In this document: one piece after another, positions 16,253 through 24,165 of the stretch
Layout: each line of letters opens with the position of its first letter
How positions within the stretch are numbered: the first letter of the stretch is position 1
NCBI GenBank assembly: GCA_036379195.1
Contig: DASVHB010000067.1
Coordinates: forward strand, 1-44,252
From: Pirellulales bacterium
GTDB taxonomy: Bacteria; Planctomycetota; Planctomycetia; Pirellulales; JAICIG01
Direction of reading: 5' to 3'
DNA: 44,252 nt
Made by a program: the position numbers and the translations under genes
The notes under the pieces: generated by a model
What the model was told of the DNA's origin: nothing
Databases searched by the model: none
Seen by the model: only the letters and a program-made list of their open reading frames with translations

Positions 16253-19200
16253 ATGCCCCCAGACGTTTTGCGCGACTTTGCCAGGCAACTTTTTCCGTCC
16301 GACGTGACCACGCTGCCCGACGTGCTCGCTTGGCGCGCCCGCTGCCAGCCACACCAGCGGGCATTCACCTTTCTGGTCGACGGCGAGGAGCAGGAAGAGC
16401 AATGGACCTACGCTCAGCTAGACCGCCGGGCGCGCGCCATCGCCGAGGTGCTCATCGCAAATGACGCCGCGGGTGAGCGCGCGCTGTTGGTCTACGACGC
16501 GGGGCTGGAGTATATCGCCGCGCTGTTTGGCTGCCTCTATGCCGGCGTGGTGGCCGTGCCGGTCTATCCGCCCGACCCGTTTCGCATGGACCGCACGCTG
16601 CCGCGGCTGCAAGCTATCTTGGCCGACGCCGGGGCGGCCTGGCTGTTGGCGACACGCGAAACGCTCGACTGGGCCGGGCCGCTGTTTGCCAAGGCGCCGG
16701 GGCTGAAATCGTCGTTGGCGACGGACGAATGCCACGCAGCCGAGTGCCACGAAGCCGAATGCGCAGTGCGGAGTGCGGAGTGCGGAACAGAGGCCGACTC
16801 GCTGGCGATTTTGCAGTACACATCGGGTTCGACCGGCGATCCACGCGGCGTGATGATTTCGCATCGCAACCTGATGGCCAACCTCACGCTCATCCATCGG
16901 ATGGTCGATCGCGACGATGCGGTCGCCGTCTCTTGGCTGCCCGCCTATCACGATATGGGCCTGATCGGCGTCACGTTTCAGCCAGTTTTCAGCGGGCGGC
17001 ACGCCGTGCTGCTTTCGCCGGTGGCGTTTATGCAGCGGCCCTATCGTTGGTTGAATGCGATCTCACGATTCCGCGGCACAACGACCGCCGCTCCGAACTT
17101 CGCCTACGATCTGTGCGTTCGCAAGGTGAGCGCGGCGGAACGCGCGACGCTCGATCTGAGCAGCCTGGTGCTGGCGCTCAACGGGGCCGAAGCGGTCCGG
17201 GCCGACACACTGGATCGGTTCAGCGAAGCCTTTGCGCCGTGCGGTTTTCGCCGCGAGGCGTTCTATCCCTGCTATGGACTGGCTGAAGCCACGCTGATGG
17301 TCAGCGGCGGCGCCAAGAACGAGCTTCCAATCGTCAAATGGTTCGACGCCGCCGCGCTGGAGCACAATCGAGCGGAACCGCTTAGCACTGATCTCGCGCC
17401 CGAGGTAGCCCCCGGCCTTGTGCCGGACATGGTAGCCCCCGGCCTTGTGCCGGGCTTGTCTGGAATAACACCCATTACGCCGGCCGCAAGGGCCGGGACT
17501 ACGAGCCCGATCGCTGCATCGGACGCGAGGGCGGGGGCCACCCGGTTGGTTGGCAGTGGTCACGCGGCATGTAGCCAGCGCGTGGTAATCGTCGATCCGC
17601 GGACATTACAGCCATTGCCCGAGTGCCAGGTGGGTGAAATCTGGGTGAGCGGGCCGAGCATCGGCGAAGGCTATTGGAACCGGCCGCGCGAATCGGTCGA
17701 AACCTTCGCCGCGACGTTGCCAAACGGTGACGGGCCGTTTCTGCGCACCGGCGACCTCGGTTTTCTGGACGGTGGCGAGCTGTTCATCACAGGGCGGCTG
17801 AAAGACCTCATTATCCTGCAAGGCCGCAATCATTATCCTCATGATCTTGAGCAAACCGTGGCTGGCTCGCATCCGGCGCTAAAGCTCGACGGCGGCGCGG
17901 CTTTCTCCGTCGATGTTTCCGGGCAAGAGCGGCTGGTCATCGTGCAAGAAGTGATGCGTCCGCGCAAAGTCGATCTGCCAGCGGTTGCCGAGACCATCCG
18001 CGCGCGCATCGCCGAATCGCACGGTGTCGCCGCTTCGGCCATTTGCCTTATTCCCGCCGGTACGCTGCCCAAGACGTCAAGCGGCAAGACACGGCGGAGT
18101 GCTTGCCGCGAGTTCTTTCTGGCGGGTTCGCTGGGCGCGGTCTTTGAGTGGTGCGAAGAAGAGTGGCGGATGGACGGTGAGGAATCAGCAGCAGAGGCCG
18201 TCTCCAAATTGACAGCCCCGCCGAACACGCCGACCGAGTGCCGATTGGCGCAGATTTGGAGCGACGTGCTCGGGCTCGATCCGCCCGTAGGTCAGGCTTT
18301 CCAGCCTGACAGCGTGGGTCTTGGGCAAAGTCAGGCTGGAAAGCCTGACCTACGGCACTGCGACATCCACACCAGCTTTTTTGACGTCGGCGGCCAATCA
18401 TTGCTGGCGTCGCAGTTGGCCGCGCGGATTCAAGCCGAGTTTGGCGTTGAAATGCCGATTCGCGTGCTGTTCGAGTCGCCGACGATTGCTCGGCTGGCCG
18501 CCTGGCTCGATGGCGCCGATCGGCAAATGCCTGCGGCTGATCTGCCGCCCCTGAACCGCGCCGACCGGGCCGCGCCGCTGCCGCTGTCGAGCTTTCAAGA
18601 ACAACTGTGGTTTTTGGAGCAGCTTGAACCGGAGCCACGTTATCTGCTCTCGGCCACGATGCGGCTGCGTGGGCCGCTCGATCGGGCGGTTCTCGAACGA
18701 AGCCTCAGTGCCATCGCCACGCGGCACGAAGCGCTTCGCACCGTGTTTTGTGAGCGCGACGGTCTGCCATTTCAGGTGCTACGCGACGTAGGGTGGGCCG
18801 ACAACGTAGCTCCGACACTCCGTGGCGGAGATCTCGGGTCGCCCTTGGCGACCGCGGTTCTCGTCACGGAGTGCCGGGACTACTTTGATCTCTCTCATGG
18901 CCCTTTGTTGCGCGCTTCGCTGGCTTGCATAGATGCCAACGAGCATTTGCTGACGCTGACCATTCATCACCTCATCTGTGATGGCTGGTCGCTGAGCATC
19001 TTTCTTGAGGAACTTGCCGCGCTGTATCACGCTGAAGTCACTCGGCAGCCGGCGAATCTTCCGCCAGTGCCGCTACACTACGCCGATTTTGCCGTCTGGC
19101 AACGGCGCTGCCTCGCCACCCAGCACGTTCAACGGCAGCTCGACTATTGGAAGCAGCAACTCGCAGACCTGACGCCCTTAGAACTCGCTACAGATTTTTT

Positions 19201-22200
19201 GCCAGCGCGGTGGCCGGGGCAGAGCCTAAGCGATGCCCCGGATGTTGCCAGCAGGGGCATTGCCGATTCCGCAGTTCTGAGAGAGAACAAGCCGACTTCC
19301 TATCGCGGCGCCGAGGAGCGGTTCACGATCGGAGAGGAACTAACCGACGCGCTGGCCAGCCTCGGCCATCAACATGATGCGACGCTTTACATGGTCTTGC
19401 TGGCGGCCTTCCAAAGCCTGCTGGCGCGTTGGACTGGCCAACACGACGTGTGCGTCGGCTCACCGATTTCTTACCGGCCGCGCCGCGAGTTCGAGCGCTC
19501 GATCGGATATTTCGTCAATACGCTGGCGCTGCGCACCGATTTATCGGGCGATCCCAGCTTTCGCGAACTGTTGGCGCGGGTGCGCGAAACCGTGTTGGCC
19601 GCTTTCACGAACGCCGATGCGCCGCTGACCGCCATTGTCGATGCCTTGGCGCCGCAGCGGGCCGAAGGCCGCTCGCCGCTTTTCAACGTGATGTTTGTCT
19701 TTGAAAACCTGCCCTGGCAAGGCGACGACGCCGCGGGCCTCTCGATCGGCGACGTGAAAATCGACCATTCGCGAATTGGCGGCTTTGATGTGGCACTGGT
19801 CGTCGAACAACAGGCAGCCAGCTTGAACGCTTCGGTCATTTACAATGCCGAGCTTTTTGAGCCGGCCACCATCGAGTCATTTTGCAACGCGTTCAAGCTT
19901 TTGTTGGCGGGCGTGGCCGCTCAACCCGGTGCCCCGGTAACTTCGCTGATGCTGGCCGACGAAGCGTCGCACGTCTTCCACCCGCCCGCTGCCCCGCTGC
20001 AAAAATTATCTGCTCCGATCCATGATCTGGTTTCCGAGCAAGCCAACCGCGCGCCCGAGGCCACGGCCATCGTTCATGGCGATCGGCAGATCACGTATCA
20101 AGAGCTTGAGCGGCGCGCGGACCAGTTAGCCCACTACCTGCACGCGCTAGGCGTGACGCGCGACATGCCGGTGTCAATTTTTCTGGATCGCTCGATCGAG
20201 ATGGTGGTGGCCGTGCTGGCGGTGCTTAAGTCGGGCGGGGCCTATGTGCCGCTCGATGCCGCCGAAAACAGCGAACGGTTGACGGCGATGCTCGACAACG
20301 TCGCGGCACGGGCCATCATTACCACCAGCCGCACCGCCGATCGCTTGCCGCATCACCGGGCCGAAGAAATCTTGCTTGACGCCCATGCGGAGTCCATCGC
20401 GCAAGCGCCGCGGCAGCCGCTGGCGGCGGGGATCGGCCCCGATAACCTGGCATACATTATCTACACGTCAGGCTCCACGGGTCGCCCCAAGGGGGTGGAA
20501 GTCACCCACGCGGGGCTGGCCAATCATGCTTGCGCCATGGCGTCGCTGTACGAGCTTGGCCCAAGCGACCGAGTGCTGCAAATTATTTCGCCCGCTTTCG
20601 ATGTGGCCGCCGAGGAGATCTTTCCCACGCTTCTTCGCGGAGGCGCCTTGGTGCTTGGTCCGGCGACGAACGAACTGACCGGTCGGGCAATCCTCGATCA
20701 GTGCCGGCGGAGCCGCGTATCGGTGGCCCACATCCCCCCGCCGCTTTTGCAGCAGTGCTTACTGGAGTGGGAAGCCGCCGATGCGCCGCTGTTCGACCAT
20801 TGGCGGGTGCTGGTGGTGGGCGGCGAGCCACCGCGTACCGAGATGCTCAACCAATGGCTGGTGCTTGCCGCCGGACGCGTCCGCCTGTTGCACGAATATG
20901 GCCTGACCGAAACGACCATCACCAGCCTGGTGTATGAAGTGCCGCGCAGTGTTACGGCGTGGCCCGAAAACCGCCGCCTGCCGATTGGCGCACCCATCGC
21001 CGGGGCCGAGGCTTGGGTGCTCGACGCGCATCGGCGGCCTGTGCCGGTCGGAGCGCCGGGCGAGCTCTACTTGGGCGGCGTGGGACTGGCGCGCGGATAC
21101 TATCGACTCGACGACCAAACAGCCGAGCGGTTTGTACCGCATCCGCTTTCGCAACAGCCCGGTGCGCGGCTTTATCGCACGGGCGACCTCGTGCGTCGCC
21201 GCGCTGATGGCGATCTGGAGTTTTTGGGCCGGATCGACGAACAAATCAAGCTTCGCGGCTGGCGCATCGAGCCGCGGGAAATCGAACGAGCGATCCTTGC
21301 GCATCCCGCGGTGGGCCAGGCGGCCGTCGTCGCCCGCGAAGACGCGCCCGGCGCCAAGCGGCTGGTGGCTTATGTGGTGTCAGCCAACGGCGAAATGCCC
21401 TCGCCGCAAGAGCTACGCCAGTGGCTGCGCGGCAAATTGCCCGAACCGATGGTTCCCTCGGCGGTGGTGCGTCTTGCGCATCTGCCGCTCAACCGGCATC
21501 ATAAGCTCGACGTGGCCGCGTTACCGGCGCCCAGCGCGTGCCCGGCCGAAGCGAACGGCGAGGCCATATCGTTTGCCGCGCCGCGCACCGCCTGCGAACA
21601 GCAACTGGCAACGATCTGGCAAGAGATCTTGAATCTTCCGCGCGTCGGCATTCACGACAACTTCTTCGAGCTGGGCGGAGATTCGATTCTCAGCATTCAA
21701 GTGGTGGCGCGGGCCCGGCAAGCGGGGCTTTCTTTCAATCCGCGCCAGCTCTTTCAACACCAGACCATCGCCGAACTAGCCGCGGCGGAGGGCACCGGTC
21801 CGGCGGTGACCGCCGAGCAGGGCGAAGTGTCGGGCGAAACGCCGCTGACGCCCATTCAGCATTGGTTCTTGGACAGCGATCCGATTGACCCGCACCACTT
21901 CAATCAGGCCGTGATGCTGCAAGTTGACGATCGCCTATCTGCCGACGTGCTGGCGGCGCTCGATCATCTGGCATCGCATCACGACGCCTTACGACTGCGG
22001 TTCGCTCGTGACGAACATGGTTGGCGGCAGTGGCACGCACCGGTCGCGGGAAGCTGGTCGCTGGAACGGTTCGACTTTTCGCAGTTACCCGCCGACGAAC
22101 AGATCGCGGCGCTCGAACGCTCGGCCTCGGCGATGCAGGGCGGCCTGCATCTGGAAAACGGTCCATTGGCACGGGCGGGCTGGTTCGATCTGGGCCCGCG

Positions 22201-23242
22201 CGGGCGGCGGCTGCTGTTGGTGGTGCATCACCTGGCGATCGACGCCGTTTCATGGCGAATGTTGCTCGATGATCTGGCGTCGCTGTGGATGAGACTAAAC
22301 AACGGGGAGTTGCCATCCTTGCCTCCCAAGACCACTTCGTTTCAGCATTGGTCGCATCGCCTGGTTGAATACAGTCAATCGACGGCCATCGCGGCGGAGC
22401 TGCCCTACTGGCGCGCGCTTGCCAACGCCGAAGCCGGCTGCCTGCCACGCGATTTCGCAGGGGACGAAAATCTGCAAGCTTCGCTCGAGATCGTCTCGGT
22501 CGTCCTCGACCAAGCGCGGACCGCGGCGCTCTTGGAACGCGCCAACACACCCTATCGCACCCATGCTCCCGAAATCTTGCTGGCGGCGCTGGCCCAATCG
22601 CTAGCCCAGTTCATCGGCCAAAGCTCGATCTTGATCGATATCGAAGGGCATGGCCGGGCGGCCTTGTTCGACGACGTCGATCTGTCGCGCACCGTCGGCT
22701 GGTTCACGGCGGGCTATCCGGTGTTGTTCGATGCGCCGCTCTACTTGCCGCCCGGCACGCTGTTGCGTCGCACCAAGGAAACTCTGCGTCGGGTGCCCGG
22801 CGAAGGAGTCGGTTATGGCGTGTTGCGATACCTTTCGCCCGACGCCGCGGTGCGCGAATCACTCGCCTCGCTGCCGAGGGCGGAAGTGGCCTTCAATTAC
22901 CTGGGCCGCTTCGACGGAGCGCTGGACGAACGATCGTTACTTGCCCGAGCTGTCGAGCCGTCTGGCCCGCTGCGCAGTCCACGAGCAGAGCGCCGCCACC
23001 TGCTCGAAGTCAACCTATTCGTCAGCGGCGGGCAACTATCGATCGAAATCGGTTTTAGCCGCGCCATTCATCGCCGCGAGACCATCGAGAGATTCGCCGC
23101 CGACTACCACGAGCGGCTGGCGGCGGTCATCGACCATTGCCTCTCGCCGCAGGCCGGTGGTTTTACGCCGTCCGACTTTCCGCTTGCCAAAACCGACGAG
23201 CGAGAACTGGAAAGAATCTCGCAGCTTTTGGGCGATGCCTAG
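16253..23242 (+). CDS. non-ribosomal peptide synthetase NRPS-1: FAAL - T - C - A - T - E (one amino-acid module, lipo-initiation, no release domain)
   Basis: This is a single 2329-aa ORF. FAAL hallmarks are FTFLVDGEE..WTYAQLD, LEYIAALFGCLYAGVVAVPVYPP and YTSGSTGDPRG (16817-16837). The N-terminus is paralogous to that of NRPS-2. Carrier 1 is FFDVGGQS (Ser codon 18398-18400). The C domain has HHLICDG (18965-18985). The A domain has YTSGSTGRPKG (20462-20494), HEYGLTE, YRTGD and KLRGWRIE. Carrier 2 is FFELGGDSI (Ser 21683-21685). The E domain has PLTPIQHWF, HHLAID (22226-22243) and EGHGR..LSRTVGWFT. Domain borders are approximate. Confidence 0.9.
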   Translation: MPPDVLRDFARQLFPSDVTTLPDVLAWRARCQPHQRAFTFLVDGEEQEEQWTYAQLDRRARAIAEVLIANDAAGERALLVYDAGLEYIAALFGCLYAGVVAVPVYPPDPFRMDRTLPRLQAILADAGAAWLLATRETLDWAGPLFAKAPGLKSSLATDECHAAECHEAECAVRSAECGTEADSLAILQYTSGSTGDPRGVMISHRNLMANLTLIHRMVDRDDAVAVSWLPAYHDMGLIGVTFQPVFSGRHAVLLSPVAFMQRPYRWLNAISRFRGTTTAAPNFAYDLCVRKVSAAERATLDLSSLVLALNGAEAVRADTLDRFSEAFAPCGFRREAFYPCYGLAEATLMVSGGAKNELPIVKWFDAAALEHNRAEPLSTDLAPEVAPGLVPDMVAPGLVPGLSGITPITPAARAGTTSPIAASDARAGATRLVGSGHAACSQRVVIVDPRTLQPLPECQVGEIWVSGPSIGEGYWNRPRESVETFAATLPNGDGPFLRTGDLGFLDGGELFITGRLKDLIILQGRNHYPHDLEQTVAGSHPALKLDGGAAFSVDVSGQERLVIVQEVMRPRKVDLPAVAETIRARIAESHGVAASAICLIPAGTLPKTSSGKTRRSACREFFLAGSLGAVFEWCEEEWRMDGEESAAEAVSKLTAPPNTPTECRLAQIWSDVLGLDPPVGQAFQPDSVGLGQSQAGKPDLRHCDIHTSFFDVGGQSLLASQLAARIQAEFGVEMPIRVLFESPTIARLAAWLDGADRQMPAADLPPLNRADRAAPLPLSSFQEQLWFLEQLEPEPRYLLSATMRLRGPLDRAVLERSLSAIATRHEALRTVFCERDGLPFQVLRDVGWADNVAPTLRGGDLGSPLATAVLVTECRDYFDLSHGPLLRASLACIDANEHLLTLTIHHLICDGWSLSIFLEELAALYHAEVTRQPANLPPVPLHYADFAVWQRRCLATQHVQRQLDYWKQQLADLTPLELATDFLPARWPGQSLSDAPDVASRGIADSAVLRENKPTSYRGAEERFTIGEELTDALASLGHQHDATLYMVLLAAFQSLLARWTGQHDVCVGSPISYRPRREFERSIGYFVNTLALRTDLSGDPSFRELLARVRETVLAAFTNADAPLTAIVDALAPQRAEGRSPLFNVMFVFENLPWQGDDAAGLSIGDVKIDHSRIGGFDVALVVEQQAASLNASVIYNAELFEPATIESFCNAFKLLLAGVAAQPGAPVTSLMLADEASHVFHPPAAPLQKLSAPIHDLVSEQANRAPEATAIVHGDRQITYQELERRADQLAHYLHALGVTRDMPVSIFLDRSIEMVVAVLAVLKSGGAYVPLDAAENSERLTAMLDNVAARAIITTSRTADRLPHHRAEEILLDAHAESIAQAPRQPLAAGIGPDNLAYIIYTSGSTGRPKGVEVTHAGLANHACAMASLYELGPSDRVLQIISPAFDVAAEEIFPTLLRGGALVLGPATNELTGRAILDQCRRSRVSVAHIPPPLLQQCLLEWEAADAPLFDHWRVLVVGGEPPRTEMLNQWLVLAAGRVRLLHEYGLTETTITSLVYEVPRSVTAWPENRRLPIGAPIAGAEAWVLDAHRRPVPVGAPGELYLGGVGLARGYYRLDDQTAERFVPHPLSQQPGARLYRTGDLVRRRADGDLEFLGRIDEQIKLRGWRIEPREIERAILAHPAVGQAAVVAREDAPGAKRLVAYVVSANGEMPSPQELRQWLRGKLPEPMVPSAVVRLAHLPLNRHHKLDVAALPAPSACPAEANGEAISFAAPRTACEQQLATIWQEILNLPRVGIHDNFFELGGDSILSIQVVARARQAGLSFNPRQLFQHQTIAELAAAEGTGPAVTAEQGEVSGETPLTPIQHWFLDSDPIDPHHFNQAVMLQVDDRLSADVLAALDHLASHHDALRLRFARDEHGWRQWHAPVAGSWSLERFDFSQLPADEQIAALERSASAMQGGLHLENGPLARAGWFDLGPRGRRLLLVVHHLAIDAVSWRMLLDDLASLWMRLNNGELPSLPPKTTSFQHWSHRLVEYSQSTAIAAELPYWRALANAEAGCLPRDFAGDENLQASLEIVSVVLDQARTAALLERANTPYRTHAPEILLAALAQSLAQFIGQSSILIDIEGHGRAALFDDVDLSRTVGWFTAGYPVLFDAPLYLPPGTLLRRTKETLRRVPGEGVGYGVLRYLSPDAAVRESLASLPRAEVAFNYLGRFDGALDERSLLARAVEPSGPLRSPRAERRHLLEVNLFVSGGQLSIEIGFSRAIHRRETIERFAADYHERLAAVIDHCLSPQAGGFTPSDFPLAKTDERELERISQLLGDA
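16727..16787 (+). repeat. degenerate 15-nt repeats ending in perfect (AGTGCGG)x3, encoding ECHAAECHEAECAVRSAECG inside the NRPS-1 FAAL domain
   Basis: The 15-nt units are gaatgccacgcagcc / gagtgccacgaagcc / gaatgcgcagtgcgg, followed by agtgcgg x3 in total (16765-16785). The paralogous position in NRPS-2 reads LSVSPGDWTPVAV and has no repeat. Confidence 0.8.
17404..17503 (+). repeat. duplicated 23-nt unit (27-nt period) plus a degenerate inverted copy, in frame in the NRPS-1 FAAL domain
   Basis: ggtagcccccggccttgtgccgg occurs at 17404-17426 and again, identical, at 17431-17453. The reverse complement of 17481-17503 (cgtagtcccggcccttgcggccg) is a degenerate third copy. The element encodes EVAPGLVPDMVAPGLVPG...AARAGTT. 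NRPS-2 lacks about 45 aa at this position. Confidence 0.8.
18287..18353 (+). repeat. perfect 24-bp inverted repeat (each arm itself a hairpin), in frame inside carrier domain 1 of NRPS-1
   Basis: gtaggtcaggctttccagcctgac (18287-18310) and gtcaggctggaaagcctgacctac (18330-18353) are exact reverse complements with a 19-nt spacer. Each arm contains gtcaggc-N-gcctgac. The element encodes VGQAFQPDSVGLGQSQAGKPDLRH between VLGLDPP and CDIHTSFFDVGGQS. Confidence 0.9.
18788..18873 (+). repeat. composite element: family A half-site plus nested hairpins, in frame in the NRPS-1 C domain
   Basis: gtagggtgggcc lies at 18788-18799. The outer arms are cactccgtg (18816-18824) and cacggagtg (18865-18873). The inner arms are ggtcgcc (18837-18843) and ggcgacc (18847-18853). 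The element encodes VGWADNVAPTLRGGDLGSPLATAVLVTEC upstream of the FDL..GPLLR motif. Confidence 0.8.
19216..19265 (+). repeat. family C REP-like copy, in frame in the NRPS-1 C domain
   Basis: ggggcagagcctaagcgatgccccgg matches the intergenic copy 10371-10396 at 25/26. It encodes GQSLSDAPDVASRGIA. Confidence 0.8.
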
Positions 23243-23250
23243 AAGCACGC

Positions 23251-23997
23251 TCACTTCGCGGGGGCAGGCCGCTTCGATTTTTCTCGCTCGGCCGCTTTGC
23301 GATCGCGATAATCCGCCAGCACGCCTTCGGGATCATCGTTAAACAAGTCGCGGCAGCCGGTGCAGCAGACAAAATACTTCTTGCCCTGGTACGAGACCTC
23401 GATCGTCCCCAATCCGCCGGTAACCACGCACTCAGGCCCGCCGGAACCTTTGGCGAACGACGCATCGCGGCGCGTGTAACCAACTTCGGCCAGCCGAGCG
23501 AAACGGCCATCGCCGGGCAGACGCTTTTCGTAAAGCACCAGCATCCGGTCGTCGTCGGCCACGGTGCGGATGCTAATGCGGGCCGGCTCGTCCGGGGCGG
23601 AGTCGCTTTTGGACAACAGCACCAACTGTCCGTTCTTGTCGATCTCTCCCAAAAAGCGCATTTCGCCCTCGGTATCGCGGCGCTGCACCATCAGCACAAA
23701 GGTGCTTTGCTCGTCACCAGGCAGCAGCTTGCCGGACGAAAAATACTTGCCCTCAGGCGTCTCGAACACCAGGGAGGCGCGGCCCGCTTCAAACTTCCAG
23801 GCCCACTGAGCTTGCTCGGTCCAAGCGCCCTGGCTCGAGCCGCGACGCGGCTGGCCGACTCCCTTCCAGCTTCCAACATAGGCCTGGAGCGGCGCCAGCG
23901 CGGCCTTGTCGGCGCCGACCTGATCTGACGGCGTCGACTCTGCGTGGGTTGGCAAGGCGAGCAAGAGCAAACAACCGATATCTAACGAAAGGTTCAT
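23251..23997 (-). CDS. secreted protein with C-terminal YHS/TRASH-like Cys-rich (putative metal-binding) domain
   Basis: 248 aa counted from MNLSLDIGCLLLLALPTHA/ES, a Sec-type signal. The C-terminus ECVVTGGLGTIEVSYQGKKYFVCCTGCRDLFNDDPEGVL resembles the YHS pattern (Cxx..Y.G..YYFCS..C...F...P). The 93-codon upstream ORF extension was rejected. The stop lies 9 nt from the NRPS-1 stop, in convergent orientation. Confidence 0.5.
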   Translation of the reverse strand: MNLSLDIGCLLLLALPTHAESTPSDQVGADKAALAPLQAYVGSWKGVGQPRRGSSQGAWTEQAQWAWKFEAGRASLVFETPEGKYFSSGKLLPGDEQSTFVLMVQRRDTEGEMRFLGEIDKNGQLVLLSKSDSAPDEPARISIRTVADDDRMLVLYEKRLPGDGRFARLAEVGYTRRDASFAKGSGGPECVVTGGLGTIEVSYQGKKYFVCCTGCRDLFNDDPEGVLADYRDRKAAEREKSKRPAPAK

Positions 23998-24165
23998 CGC
24001 CAGCCTCCTCGAAGAAGTTCGATGCCTACGCTCAGTATAACGGGGCCGGCGCGACGGCAGTAGCCGCGACGTGCAACGGATTTTTGGCCGCCTGTTGAAA
24101 CCATCGCTTGTAACGCGGAGGCCGATTTTCTGCACTTTCTTGTAAAAACAGCTTGGCGCGTTAGG

